In this document: positions 17,543 through 28,641 of the stretch, piece by piece | Numbering within the stretch: the stretch's first letter is position 1 | Layout: each line of letters starts with the position of its first letter | Source of the DNA: Candidatus Woesearchaeota archaeon | Lineage (GTDB): Archaea > Nanobdellota > Nanobdellia > Woesearchaeales > UBA583 | DNA: 64,000 bases | NCBI GenBank assembly: GCA_027858315.1 | Contig: JAQICV010000092.1 | Span: 334 to 64,333 of the forward strand | Direction of reading: 5' to 3' | Position numbers and translations under genes: made by a program | The notes under the pieces: model-generated | What the model saw: the letters and a program-made list of their open reading frames with translations, nothing else | Database searches by the model: none | What the model was told of the DNA's origin: nothing

Positions 17543-19903
17543 TTAAGGTAGAGGTATTATTACATTTATATTTTGGTTTGCAATTTCAGAATTTTTATTC
17601 TCAGATGAGTCAATAGGGACAATTTGTGTCACTTCTATTTGTTTTGCTCCATTTGGAATTGTTGTTATTATTTGGTCTGTTCCGATTAGTTTGTTGTATT
17701 GTTCTATAATTTGCATGTTTTCATCTTTGATTGTGATTTTCGTATCAAGTTTTACTACATTTTCATTAGGTAATGATTGCCATTTTAATTTTACAGTGTT
17801 TCCTGAGATTTCATATTTGTTTGTGTTGGTGAATATAAATGAATTTGCAGATGGTGCTTTGTTGTCAACAATTGTTATTGTTTGTGAATAAGGAGTTTTG
17901 TATTGTCCTTCTAAATTTATTAATTGGTAAAATGTGAATTCTTCGTTTGTTGATTTTTTTAGTTCGTAATCTATTGGTGTGTTTTTTATGATTCCTACTC
18001 CTTGTGAGTCTACTGGAATTATATTTAGTTTGTATTCTTTTTTGTTTTCTAAAACTAAATTTGGTGTAAAATCACTTCCATAAATTATGTTGTATAATTC
18101 TGGGTTTGTAATTTGAGATTCGGAGGTTATTAAAGTTAATTTTTCCGGATTTTGTATAGTTAGTTTTTGGGCGCCATCTAGATAATAACATCCTATTGCA
18201 TCATCAGCTTCACATTTGTTAGCTAGTTTTTGATCTTTTTCTACTATGTATATGTCATAGTTTGCAAAATTAGAGTTTTCATATCCACTTATTTGGAAAA
18301 ATAATGAGCTTTGTTCTCCTGCAATTGTTCCACTAGCTTTTGGTACATTTTCAGAGATTAATGCACTTGGACCATATTGGGTTTGAGTTGTTATTTGCTT
18401 TGCTTTTCCTTGAATTTCTTCTACATAGTAATTGTAATTATTATCTGTTGCAAAAACAAATACATAAAGTGGTTTGTTTGGTTTTAATAATTCATATTGT
18501 TTTTCTTGATGATTATATATCTGATAAATTTTTGCAATTAATTTTTCTTTGTTGTCACTTAGATCTTCTTCTGAGATCTCATTTTTTACAAGTAATAAAT
18601 TTAAGTCTATTTTATCATTGATTGTAGAGAAGTGATACTCGTTTTCTTGTAAATCAAAAATTCCTGTACTTTCAAAATTTTTTGGAACTTTGTTTTCTTG
18701 AAGGAGTTTTAGGAGTATATTGTAATCTTCAGGGTTGTTTAGATTATCAAAGAAGTTTTCGTAAGAGAATAAGACTACATAGTATGAGATTTGGTCGTCA
18801 AATTTAGGTTTTTCAATTTTAATATTTGCCACATTATCTGCGCCTTGAAAATTTTCTAATTCAAATTTAATTAGTGTGTAGGGAATAGTGTCTTTTAGTA
18901 TTATTCCAAATATGAATTCTTCTTCATTTAGAATTTTATTTATTATAGTAATTTTTAGACCTATATATTCTTCACTACTTATTTCTTTAATTCTCTCAAT
19001 TTTAAATTCATATGTATTTAGTAGTTTATCATCTTCTTTTTTTATTAAATCTTGAAATGTTTTATCGATACAAAAATCTTCATCAAAATCATTTTCTTTA
19101 AGACATCCTGGTACTTTATTTTTTAGTTCATCTGATATTTGTGGAATTACTTTATTTGTTATAGTTTTAAGTAGGGTTGGAAATTCTCCAAGGATATATT
19201 CTTTTTCATATTCTATTTCTAATATTATCTCACTATTTTTTGATGTTTCTTTGTAGTAAGTTGTAATTTTACTATTTATTGTGTTTGTTTCTTCATTGTA
19301 TTCTAAATTGATTACAGGTTCATCATTTATTTCTTGAACTCTAAGACTTTTTTCTAATTCATTTTTTAATTTTTGTTCGAAATAATAGCTGAGACTCTCT
19401 TCGAGATTTTCATTAAAATTTGGAAGACAGGATTCATGTTCTACATTATTATTTTCTTGAGAGTCTTCTTCTTCTTCTTCTCCTTCTTCTGTCTCTTCGT
19501 CCACATCTTCTTCTATCTTTGTAATATCTTGATTATTTGTGTCTAGATTTCTTTGATTATACCAAAGTTCAATTCCTGCATATGTACAAGTTACTAATTC
19601 ATCGTCATTGTTTTCATATTTTCTATTTAATAATTCATTTGTACTAAGTCCTAGAGAACTTATGTATTGTTTTTTTCCTGATGAAAATATATTATCAATT
19701 TCTTGTTTTTTGAAAAATTCCTCTGCAGCAATTTTAGAATTTGTAGTATCAATTGTAGTTATAGTTTTCCCGAAATCGATCACATCATCAATTTTTTCAT
19801 AAGGATTAACTATTGTAAAAAATAATATTCCCATTAGAAATAATGTAACGATTCCAATTAAAGCAAAAAATCCAATTCCTTTTTTATTTTTTCTAATTTT
19901 CAT
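17543..19903 (-). CDS. Large surface protein with class III (pilin-like) signal peptide
   Basis: MKIRKNKKG/IGFFALIG hydrophobic helix; beta-rich C-terminal half. Confidence 0.65.
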   Translation of the reverse strand: MKIRKNKKGIGFFALIGIVTLFLMGILFFTIVNPYEKIDDVIDFGKTITTIDTTNSKIAAEEFFKKQEIDNIFSSGKKQYISSLGLSTNELLNRKYENNDDELVTCTYAGIELWYNQRNLDTNNQDITKIEEDVDEETEEGEEEEEDSQENNNVEHESCLPNFNENLEESLSYYFEQKLKNELEKSLRVQEINDEPVINLEYNEETNTINSKITTYYKETSKNSEIILEIEYEKEYILGEFPTLLKTITNKVIPQISDELKNKVPGCLKENDFDEDFCIDKTFQDLIKKEDDKLLNTYEFKIERIKEISSEEYIGLKITIINKILNEEEFIFGIILKDTIPYTLIKFELENFQGADNVANIKIEKPKFDDQISYYVVLFSYENFFDNLNNPEDYNILLKLLQENKVPKNFESTGIFDLQENEYHFSTINDKIDLNLLLVKNEISEEDLSDNKEKLIAKIYQIYNHQEKQYELLKPNKPLYVFVFATDNNYNYYVEEIQGKAKQITTQTQYGPSALISENVPKASGTIAGEQSSLFFQISGYENSNFANYDIYIVEKDQKLANKCEADDAIGCYYLDGAQKLTIQNPEKLTLITSESQITNPELYNIIYGSDFTPNLVLENKKEYKLNIIPVDSQGVGIIKNTPIDYELKKSTNEEFTFYQLINLEGQYKTPYSQTITIVDNKAPSANSFIFTNTNKYEISGNTVKLKWQSLPNENVVKLDTKITIKDENMQIIEQYNKLIGTDQIITTIPNGAKQIEVTQIVPIDSSENKNSEIANQNINVIIPLP

Positions 19904-19905
19904 TT

Positions 19906-20439
19906 TTAGCTTTTGAAATCTATTTTGACATATTTATTGTCATATGTTTTGAAATAGAAAAAATAATTTTTATTTTCAATTTCTGATTCAAGATTTGAAC
20001 TTATACTTTCAAGGTTAGTTTGATAAATTAGTAGATTGTCTATATTTAATGAATCTGAAGAATATTCTTCGTAATATTCAATTGGTTTTTTGCCACTATT
20101 TGTATTTGTGTTTATTTTTTCTAAGTATTTTTCTTTGTATTCATCAACAATCTTGAGTGATTCTTCTGAGTTTATCTTGAGGAGATCCTTGATGAAATAT
20201 TTATTATTTATGTCCAAACCTAAGTCTTCTAAATGAGTTTTATCAATTTTTTTCATAAGAAATGCGTGAGTAACTACTGCTGGGAATTGATAGCTTAGTT
20301 CTGGCGCCATTTTATTTATATCTTCGTTTGTTTGTATTACAAATTTTGATGACATGAATAGTACAAATGCTATGAAGATTATTGAGATTATTGCAAGTAT
20401 TTCTTCTTCATATATATTTGCTTTTTTATTTTTTCTCAT
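19906..20439 (-). CDS. Pilin-like protein (class III signal peptide)
   Basis: MRKNKKA/NIYEEEIL plus hydrophobic helix; start moved to ATG 20439. Confidence 0.6.
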   Translation of the reverse strand: MRKNKKANIYEEEILAIISIIFIAFVLFMSSKFVIQTNEDINKMAPELSYQFPAVVTHAFLMKKIDKTHLEDLGLDINNKYFIKDLLKINSEESLKIVDEYKEKYLEKINTNTNSGKKPIEYYEEYSSDSLNIDNLLIYQTNLESISSNLESEIENKNYFFYFKTYDNKYVKIDFKS

Positions 20440-20443
20440 TCTT

Positions 20444-22207
20444 TTAATAGGAAATTTTTTGATGCGATTTTTTGTATATGTTATATACTTTCCAAGCATC
20501 TTCAAGACAAGATAGTTCTGCAATTATTCTTTGTTTTTTTGTTGTAGATTCTATTCCTTCTTTTTTATTTTTTTTTGTTGTTTTAGGTAGTGAGAGGTTT
20601 GGAATTAATGGGGAGAATATGTCATAGATTCCTTTAAATGGTCCAGTGATGAGAGTTAGGTCAGCTTTTTCTTTGTTCTTTTCTTTTTTAGGTTTTTCTG
20701 TGTCTAATGAAATTGGTTTTGGTTCGTAGCTATGTACATATTTTAGTAGGTCTTCTTTGATTGCTTTTATTTCATCCATAAATGATTCAATTAAATCTAA
20801 ATTTTCTTCTTTTAGTGATTCTCTGTATGTTGCGATTTCATATATGTCCCAAGCATATGAATTAAAATTAATTTGATTTTTCATAAATGGTACTTGTTGT
20901 TGACCTTGAGGCGAACTCATTGTTTCCATTCTTCTTTTTTGTGTTAGTTCTAGCTCGATTATAGGGAATAATTTAAGATGCTCTTTTTCAATAATTATAA
21001 CATTTTTTTTTAGTTCTTCAAACTTTTTAGGAGTCATAGAATCAGGTTCAATATCTGTTGGTATGAATCTGTAATTTTTTTCTTCTTCACCAATAATATA
21101 TCCACTTTTTTCTTTCCCATTTCCTTGTAAAATTAATTCACCTTTGCTTGCATCTATGAATAATCCATAATCACCAATTTCTAAATCTTTGATTTTCCAC
21201 TTTTGACCTCTCTCAGGCAATCCAAAGTCTCTTATTCCAAGAGTTCTTATGAATGAGTATGATGAGTCAAATACATTAATAATTTCGTGGTTCTCACTTT
21301 CATTTCCATAATAAAAACTATTTTTGTTAAATTTTTCTCCTTTTTTATTTATTTCCATTAAAATAGGTTTTATTAGATTTATGCTTAATTGGACTTGAGC
21401 ATAGATATTTTTTAGAGATGCAAGCTTTAGTTTGTATGTTACTTGTGTATCTCTGATTGCTGAAGGTAACCAGAAATAAAATTTATAGATTTGTCTTCCT
21501 ATTTGTTCTTTTGCACCTTCAGTTATATCGATTTTGTAGATGTCTTCATCTAGTTGATTTTTGATAGATTTCCCATTACCGTGAACTCCGTGTAGAGGAT
21601 TTTCTAAATTTGTTCCAAAGAATAATTGAGGTAGTAGTGAGTAGTCTAATCCTTGTTCTGTAGCCGATTTACTCATTGCCCACATTCTCCCTCCTTCGAC
21701 TTTATTTACCCATTCATCTTTAAGGTGGCTAATTGCCTCATCTCTTGCAGCTTTTGCATTCACAAATTCTTTGTTTTCATTATTGGCTTTTTTCTTTTCA
21801 ATTGCTTCTTGAACTATTTTGTCGTTATCAACAATTTCTTTTATCCAGTTGTGATAAAAATCTGCTTGTTTTACTTCTTTTAAAAGTGGCATTAGATGAA
21901 CTTTTATCAGTTGTATTATTTGGTTGAAGTTTTCATAGAAGGCTCTAATTGACCCACCTTTTACTTGTCTTACTTGACCTCCATATTGAGAATTTTCACT
22001 AAAATAATGGTTATCTTCAAGTTTTAGAGTAACATATCCTTTTCCTGTGTAGTAAGGGAAATTGATTATCCAATAATAACTCTCAGTTATGTCTTCATTA
22101 TGACCTTCAAATCTCATAACAAAATTCGCATGTGGTCCAGTTCTGTTTTTGGCTCCTTTTACAAATTTTTTAATGTTTGATTCAAAACCTAAAGACATAT
22201 CATTCAT
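20444..22207 (-). CDS. Conserved-looking soluble hypothetical protein
   Basis: 587-aa ORF, helical, no TM; family not recognised. Confidence 0.65.
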   Translation of the reverse strand: MNDMSLGFESNIKKFVKGAKNRTGPHANFVMRFEGHNEDITESYYWIINFPYYTGKGYVTLKLEDNHYFSENSQYGGQVRQVKGGSIRAFYENFNQIIQLIKVHLMPLLKEVKQADFYHNWIKEIVDNDKIVQEAIEKKKANNENKEFVNAKAARDEAISHLKDEWVNKVEGGRMWAMSKSATEQGLDYSLLPQLFFGTNLENPLHGVHGNGKSIKNQLDEDIYKIDITEGAKEQIGRQIYKFYFWLPSAIRDTQVTYKLKLASLKNIYAQVQLSINLIKPILMEINKKGEKFNKNSFYYGNESENHEIINVFDSSYSFIRTLGIRDFGLPERGQKWKIKDLEIGDYGLFIDASKGELILQGNGKEKSGYIIGEEEKNYRFIPTDIEPDSMTPKKFEELKKNVIIIEKEHLKLFPIIELELTQKRRMETMSSPQGQQQVPFMKNQINFNSYAWDIYEIATYRESLKEENLDLIESFMDEIKAIKEDLLKYVHSYEPKPISLDTEKPKKEKNKEKADLTLITGPFKGIYDIFSPLIPNLSLPKTTKKNKKEGIESTTKKQRIIAELSCLEDAWKVYNIYKKSHQKISY

Positions 22208-22291
22208 TCTAATCTTTTTTGAAGTTTTTATCTTTTAGAAGTTTAGTTTTAACTAATAAGGGAAAATAATTTTAAATATATATAGAACTAT

Positions 22292-24217
22292 TTAAGAGAA
22301 TAGTTCAGTTATCCATTTTAACATGTTTGAAAAATACTTTGAGAATCCTGTTTTTGGTAGCTCTTCAGGACTTAGTTGTATGTCAATTTTTTTCATATTA
22401 ATTATTTGATTTTTGTATTCTAATTCTACTTTGATTTCATTGTTTTCATGTTCTAAAACTAATAACTTTTCAAATTCGTTTTTATTAGTTTTAGTTATTG
22501 TTTTGTTATTTAAATTTAGAGTTATTTTAAGGTTTTCAACAATATTTTTTGTTTGACAATTTAGAGTTATTTTGTTTGCATTTTTTTTGGCTTCACAATC
22601 AAGTTTTGGAGGTTCTATTTCTAAGATTTGTGTGTTTGTTTGGTTTGAGTATTTTACAATTATTGATTGATTTAATTTTTCAGATTTGAATTCAATTATT
22701 TTTTCTTCGTTTAATAAAAGGGAAAAAATTTCACAGTCGTTTTCTGAGCAGATATTGATATTATTTATTTCATGATTGTTTGGATTTTTTAATGTACAAG
22801 AGTAGATATTTTCAGGCAGATTATATGTCGAATTGCAGTTTATTATGATTTGATTATTGCTCATTGAAGTTTCTTGAATTATGTCTTTAGGAAGTTCAGA
22901 TTTTAGTATGTTCTCATAACCTTTTTTTACTTCAAGTGAGAGGTTTTCTTGGAAGTCATTATTGTAAATTGTGAATGGAAATGTGTAGATGAATTTAGTA
23001 TCTAATTCAGGTATTTTATATTTGAAATAGATTGTTTTTTCTTCATCTGGTTTTAGAATTGTTAATTTTTTATTTTGTCCTAAAAGCTCTATTTCTTCAG
23101 TTTTTGCTATTTTTAAGTCAATTACTTTGTAATAGTCTTTTGTATTTTTAACTTTTATTTCTAAGTAACCGTAACTTTCAGGAGAGAGTTCTCTTGTTCC
23201 ATCAATTGTTATTTGATATCCATAATCAAATATCTTTTTTTCTTTTTCTTCTATTTCAAATTTAGTTGAAGTTTTTAAAGAATTTTCGACAAGATTTATA
23301 CCATAACCACTTGCATTTATTGATACTGAATTTTGTTGTAAATTTGCATTTTTGGAGATGATTATATGACTTGCATCTATATATCCGTATTGTGAGTATG
23401 TTAGATCAAATGGTACCCAAGTTTCTCCAATTAAAATTTCAGACCATGCGTGTCCACCCCAGTTTGAACCTACAAATTCTATTACTTCTTCTGAGTTTGT
23501 GTATGCGTATCCTGAAACTGTTCTTGCAGGAATTCCTAGGCTTCGCATCATTGATACATATAGATTAGTAATTTCTTTACATACTCCGGTTTTAGATGTA
23601 AAAACTTGTGAAGATTTTTGATTAGGATTTTCAGTTACAGTTGATAGGTCATATGTTATATCATTTTGTATCCAATCAGCAATTTTTACTGCGATAATGT
23701 AAGTGTCATCTTCACTATATGCTAACTCTGATGCTTTTTTTTTTATTTCTGAATTTGTATCGATTAATTCTGTGAATTCTATATATACTTGATTTTCTGA
23801 GTCTTTATTTTTTATTGGGTATTCTACTTTTTTTTTGATTTTAGGAGTACTTTTTGTGCTTTCAAGTGTGAATGTGTTTGATATTGAGTTTTTTTCTTTT
23901 ATTGTTTCATCAGTATAACTGTATTTGATCATATAATTAGTGTCGTCTTCTATTATTTTATAGTCTGGGTTTGTTGTTGTGTAGTTATTTAGGTATTGGG
24001 ATTCTTCATAGGTTTTTGGGAAAAAATTAGAAGTTATGTAGAAATAATTTATGTTTGAGTCTTGTTCTATTTCTACTTGGAAATCTATTTTTTGATTGAT
24101 GTTTAGCTTTAAGTATTCGTAAGAATTTATATCTTCGTCTATTGCTAATATTTGTGGTAAAAACATCGAAAATAGGATTATTGTAAGTAGAATTTTTTTC
24201 ATTTTTTTCATTTGCAT
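22292..24217 (-). CDS. Secreted transglutaminase-like domain protein
   Basis: Signal peptide; GVCKE..NL...MMRSLGIPAR.VSG, GHAWSE, WVPFD triad. Confidence 0.88.
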   Translation of the reverse strand: MQMKKMKKILLTIILFSMFLPQILAIDEDINSYEYLKLNINQKIDFQVEIEQDSNINYFYITSNFFPKTYEESQYLNNYTTTNPDYKIIEDDTNYMIKYSYTDETIKEKNSISNTFTLESTKSTPKIKKKVEYPIKNKDSENQVYIEFTELIDTNSEIKKKASELAYSEDDTYIIAVKIADWIQNDITYDLSTVTENPNQKSSQVFTSKTGVCKEITNLYVSMMRSLGIPARTVSGYAYTNSEEVIEFVGSNWGGHAWSEILIGETWVPFDLTYSQYGYIDASHIIISKNANLQQNSVSINASGYGINLVENSLKTSTKFEIEEKEKKIFDYGYQITIDGTRELSPESYGYLEIKVKNTKDYYKVIDLKIAKTEEIELLGQNKKLTILKPDEEKTIYFKYKIPELDTKFIYTFPFTIYNNDFQENLSLEVKKGYENILKSELPKDIIQETSMSNNQIIINCNSTYNLPENIYSCTLKNPNNHEINNINICSENDCEIFSLLLNEEKIIEFKSEKLNQSIIVKYSNQTNTQILEIEPPKLDCEAKKNANKITLNCQTKNIVENLKITLNLNNKTITKTNKNEFEKLLVLEHENNEIKVELEYKNQIINMKKIDIQLSPEELPKTGFSKYFSNMLKWITELFS

Positions 24218-24273
24218 TACTTAAGTTAGGTGATTAACATTTATAAAATTTTATTTTTGACTTATAGTTAAGA

Positions 24274-24879
24274 ATGAAAAAATCGCAGGGTGAAATTTTT
24301 GGTATTGCACTTCTTTTTGTTGTTATTTTGATAGGAGTTATAGTTTATGCTAAAATTCAATCTAATTCTGATTTGAATGATGTTGATTTACAAACTCAAG
24401 GTGAGTATAAAATTCTTGCAGAGGGAACTTTGAATACTTTGCTTAAAGTGAGTACTGGATGCACTGTTGAGAGAAATAAAGATAGTGTTAAGGATTTGAT
24501 TAATTTTTGTTTGGAGAATGAGGGTTATGGTGGAGATGTAGAGATTGGGTGCGACATTGAGGGAGATGGAATTCTTGAGAATTTTCCTTCTTGCGCTCAT
24601 GCTCTTAATTTTTTGAATGATAGTTTGTATTTGATTTTTAATTCCTCAAGTGGGATAGGTCTTATTCCTTTTGAACTTATAATTGATGTTCCGAGTTATA
24701 GCAATAGTATTTTTTTTAATGAGAGTAGAACGAATTTAGGTGATATTAGTTATAGAGGATTTGAAGTTAATGATTCTTCAAGAATTAATCTAGGATATAA
24801 AAGAGAATCTTCAGGGCGTATTTCTTGGAGAACTGCTCAAAGAGATGTTAATTTTGAACTTTATGTTTATTATCGTTAG
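24274..24879 (+). CDS. Pilin-like protein (class III signal peptide)
   Basis: MKKSQ/GEIFGIALLFVVILIG. Confidence 0.65.
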   Translation: MKKSQGEIFGIALLFVVILIGVIVYAKIQSNSDLNDVDLQTQGEYKILAEGTLNTLLKVSTGCTVERNKDSVKDLINFCLENEGYGGDVEIGCDIEGDGILENFPSCAHALNFLNDSLYLIFNSSSGIGLIPFELIIDVPSYSNSIFFNESRTNLGDISYRGFEVNDSSRINLGYKRESSGRISWRTAQRDVNFELYVYYR

Positions 24880-25012
24880 TTTTGTTGAAAATTTTGTTGT
24901 AAGTTTTTGACTTTAATTTTGACTTTAATAATCTTAATTATAATATTAAATGCTTAGACTACCTTTTAGTGTATACATCTTTTTATATTTATTTTTGCTG
25001 GTTTAAACTTAA

Positions 25013-27868
25013 ATGAAATTAGGAAAAGTATTTTTGTGGCTTATTTTAATTGTTCTTTTTGCTGAGTCAGTTTTTTCTTATGGGTATTATGATTCAAAAG
25101 GTGAGTTTATGAATTTTGTTTCTAATCCTACGCCTACTATTGATATTAATGTTAGTTCAGGTAATTTGGAGCTTTATGTTAGAGATGGTTTTTTAGATTT
25201 TAATTCGAATGTTTCAACTTTTGTTATTGATGAGAATTTAGGTGTGTTTAGTGAAGGAATTTATAGTTTTGATGTTGTTGAAGTTATTACTGAGTTTGAT
25301 GATGTGAGCTTTGAATTAGAAGTGATTGATAGAGCTTCTGGGAAAAAAATAGTTCCTGAAGGAGACCCTATTGAGTTTAAAATTGTTTTAGATGAATTAA
25401 CTCCTGAACTTTTATCTTTTGAAGATTTGATTGTTGATTCTGAAAAAGTTGTTTTGGAGTTTTCTGAACCTGTGATGTTTGTTGATGTTTATATTAATGA
25501 GGATTTTTTTATGAGGTATAAAAATTTAGCGAATAATTTAAGGGTTAAGGATGAAAGATTTGTTGAAATCGATTTTCCTTTGAGTGCATTTGCTGGAGAG
25601 GCAAATAGTTTGAAGTTTGTTTTTCAAGATTTTGCTCAGAATTCTGCTGAAGAAGTAAGAGAAGTATATATTGAGTCTGAGCCTCTTAATGTTGAGCTTG
25701 TAACTCTTGCTACTAATGGTGAGCTTGAATATTTTTATAATCCTGCTCCTGAGTTTACTGCTCTTTTTGATGGGAAAATTTATTCTAAGAGTTCAGATTT
25801 TGAGTTGAAAATTAATACTAATAAACCTGCTGTGTGTTATTATTTAGATGGTGTTATTAATGAGAATTTAAGACTTGAAGATGCAATTTCTCCAGATGAA
25901 TTTACTTCTTCTGCAACTGGGTTGTCTCATTCTCTTCAAGTTACTAGTTTGATTGATGAGCTTTGGATTGTATGTCAAAATAAATTTTATGATTCTGAGA
26001 TTGTTTATTTGACTGATGCTTTAGGTATTGCTTCTTCAAGAGTTGTAGGTATTGAAGTTTATAATCAACCTGCAGTTGAGATTACTTATAGTGATCCTAA
26101 AACTTTAGTTACAAGTTTGCCTACAAGTTATATTCTTGAGACAAGTAGTCGAGCAGTTTGTTTTTCTGAGCTTGATTCTTATAGTGAGTTTTTACCTTAT
26201 CTTGAAGGTTTTTTAGTTCATCAAAACTCTGGAGTTGATATTAGTTTAGGGAGTCATAATTTAGATTTTGAATGTTATGATGTTTTAAATAATGTTGCAA
26301 GGGTTTCTAATTCTTTGGATGTTGATACTGATGCTGGAATTAAGGTTGTTGATTTTAATCCTAAATATACAATGGCTTCTAATGTTGAAGTTGATATTTC
26401 TCTTAGTGATGATGATGCAGATTGTAGATATTCTTTGAGCGATCTTGGAAAGAGGGCTTTTGATTCTATGAGTAATATTACACAGAGTGGTAGTAGAAAA
26501 AGTATTTCACTTACTTCTCTTAGTTCAGGAGATAATTTAGTTTATATTTATTGTAGTGATTCAAATCAAATTTATGGTCCTGAAAGATTGAATGTTATTT
26601 ATGATACTAAGGGAATTTCTCTTTCTAATTTTAAGTTTGAGAATGATGGTTATTTGAGTGATTTTTTATCAAGTGGTTCTGAGTTAGGATTTTCAGTTGA
26701 TATTAGTTCTATTATTCCAATTAAAGAGTATATTTTAGTTGTTGATTATGGTAATTATAAAGAGTATAATAGTTTGAATGGTGATGAGGATGAGACTAAT
26801 ATTTCAAGTTTTACTGGGAAAATTAATGGTGAATTTTTAGATGCTGCAAAAGTTATTTTGTATGCAGTTAATATGTTGGAGATTAATAAATCTGTTGAGA
26901 AAGATGTTAAGTTTGATATGACTCCGCCTTTTGTTACTTTTTCTAGTGTTGATGGTGGAAGAGCAATTGTTTGCGCTGATTCTGAGAGTGGATGCTCTAA
27001 AGTTTTTTATGGTTTTTCGCAGACTATTATTGATTGTTCTGCAAATCAACTCTACAATAGTTCTAGTTTGGAGGTTTTAGGTAATAATTATTTGTGTGCT
27101 AATGCATTTAATGGTGTTGGACTTGAAACTTTTGAGGTTGATGATTTGTCAGATTTTAATAGGGATGAAGATGAAGTAGATGAGTATAATGAGACTTTTG
27201 GTGGTGATGAAGAAACTCCAGTTGAAGAAGGTTTGGGAGATGAGGAAAATTTTGAAGAAACTTTTGAAGATCCTTTTGTTAGTTCAAATGATGGTTCAGG
27301 AGATTCAAATACGACAGGTATTGTTTTAGTTGGAGCTTTGGCTCTTATTCTTGTAGGAGTTTCAGGTGGAGGTTATTATGCTTATAAAAAAGGTTATTTG
27401 AATAAGGAACTTGAAAAACTTGGAATTAAGACTAAAGGTTCGACAAGTAATGGGAATGCTGGAGTTGGGGTTGCTTCTAAAAATAAGGATGATAAGTATA
27501 ATTTTACTTCAAAACCTATAAAATCAAAAGATAATGATAAGAATTTGAAGTCAAGCAAATATGATGATCATTTGAATAAATTGAATAAGTTTGTTGATTC
27601 AAAAGTTGGGAATTCTAAAGGTTTGTTTGACAAATTTAATGATTCTTCTAAGGGTAAGCATGAAAAATATGATGACACTTTAGTTAAGAAAAATAAAGGT
27701 GCAAAACTTACTAAAGAGGAGTATGATGAGTTTTATGAGAAGAATTCTTCTAAAGTTGGAGATGGTTCTGCTGTTTCAAAAGCTTCACTTAAAGATGAGG
27801 CTGATTCTTTTGAGAATTATTATAAGGAGAAAAAGGATAAGGAAAAGTCAGATTCTATTAAAAAATGA
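25013..27868 (+). CDS. Large single-pass surface protein (Ig-like repeats, acidic stalk, TM, Lys-rich cytoplasmic tail)
   Basis: Signal peptide; repeated T...A.C.Y / Y..C.D motifs; TM GIVLVGALALILVG. Confidence 0.7.
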   Translation: MKLGKVFLWLILIVLFAESVFSYGYYDSKGEFMNFVSNPTPTIDINVSSGNLELYVRDGFLDFNSNVSTFVIDENLGVFSEGIYSFDVVEVITEFDDVSFELEVIDRASGKKIVPEGDPIEFKIVLDELTPELLSFEDLIVDSEKVVLEFSEPVMFVDVYINEDFFMRYKNLANNLRVKDERFVEIDFPLSAFAGEANSLKFVFQDFAQNSAEEVREVYIESEPLNVELVTLATNGELEYFYNPAPEFTALFDGKIYSKSSDFELKINTNKPAVCYYLDGVINENLRLEDAISPDEFTSSATGLSHSLQVTSLIDELWIVCQNKFYDSEIVYLTDALGIASSRVVGIEVYNQPAVEITYSDPKTLVTSLPTSYILETSSRAVCFSELDSYSEFLPYLEGFLVHQNSGVDISLGSHNLDFECYDVLNNVARVSNSLDVDTDAGIKVVDFNPKYTMASNVEVDISLSDDDADCRYSLSDLGKRAFDSMSNITQSGSRKSISLTSLSSGDNLVYIYCSDSNQIYGPERLNVIYDTKGISLSNFKFENDGYLSDFLSSGSELGFSVDISSIIPIKEYILVVDYGNYKEYNSLNGDEDETNISSFTGKINGEFLDAAKVILYAVNMLEINKSVEKDVKFDMTPPFVTFSSVDGGRAIVCADSESGCSKVFYGFSQTIIDCSANQLYNSSSLEVLGNNYLCANAFNGVGLETFEVDDLSDFNRDEDEVDEYNETFGGDEETPVEEGLGDEENFEETFEDPFVSSNDGSGDSNTTGIVLVGALALILVGVSGGGYYAYKKGYLNKELEKLGIKTKGSTSNGNAGVGVASKNKDDKYNFTSKPIKSKDNDKNLKSSKYDDHLNKLNKFVDSKVGNSKGLFDKFNDSSKGKHEKYDDTLVKKNKGAKLTKEEYDEFYEKNSSKVGDGSAVSKASLKDEADSFENYYKEKKDKEKSDSIKK

Positions 27869-27916
27869 TTTTTTTAGCACAACATTTTTTAAATAAATAA
27901 AGAGTTATATATACAG

Positions 27917-28639
27917 ATGAAGTTTAAATTTAAAAAAAAAATTAAGAAAGAACCTGAAGATAAGAGTTTTTTAGGTTATTTGAAGAAGTTTTGGAAGTTT
28001 ATGTGGTATGATGATTCTGCGATTTCTTATGTTGTTACTTTGGTTGTTGCATTTTTTTTTATTAAGTTTTTATTTTTGCCAAGTGTTGGTTTTGTTTTGG
28101 GGAATGATTTTCCTGTTGTTGCTATTGTTTCAGGTAGTATGGAGCATAAGATTGTTAGTCATCAAATTTGTGGGGTTTACAAACCTTCTATAACTAATAA
28201 AAATTTAAATTTTGATGATTGGTGGGATATTTGTGGTTATTATTATGTTGAAAATTATGGGATGACTAAGGATGATTTTTCAGAGTTTGAATATAAAAAT
28301 GGACTTAATACTGGTGATGTTATGATAATTTATGGTAAAAGTCCTGAAAATATTGAAGTTGGAGAAGTTTTGGTTTTTATTCCTGGTGATTTGAATTGGT
28401 ATAATTCTCATGGTCCTGTGATTCATAGGGTTGTTGATAAATGGGAAGAAAATGGGGAATATCTTTTCAGAACTAAGGGTGATCATAATTCAGTTTCATC
28501 TGATGCTAATAATTTTGAGAGCGCAATTTCAGAAGATGATGTTATTGGAGTTCCAGTTGCAAGAGTTCCTTTAATTGGTTATGTGAGGATTTGGTTTTCG
28601 GATTTTTTTTTGAATCCGATTATGAATATTATTAGGTAA
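27917..28639 (+). CDS. Signal peptidase I (archaeal Sec11/S26B type)
   Basis: VSGSMEH catalytic Ser, GD, IHRV, TKGDHN. Confidence 0.9.
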   Translation: MKFKFKKKIKKEPEDKSFLGYLKKFWKFMWYDDSAISYVVTLVVAFFFIKFLFLPSVGFVLGNDFPVVAIVSGSMEHKIVSHQICGVYKPSITNKNLNFDDWWDICGYYYVENYGMTKDDFSEFEYKNGLNTGDVMIIYGKSPENIEVGEVLVFIPGDLNWYNSHGPVIHRVVDKWEENGEYLFRTKGDHNSVSSDANNFESAISEDDVIGVPVARVPLIGYVRIWFSDFFLNPIMNIIR

Positions 28640-28641
28640 AT

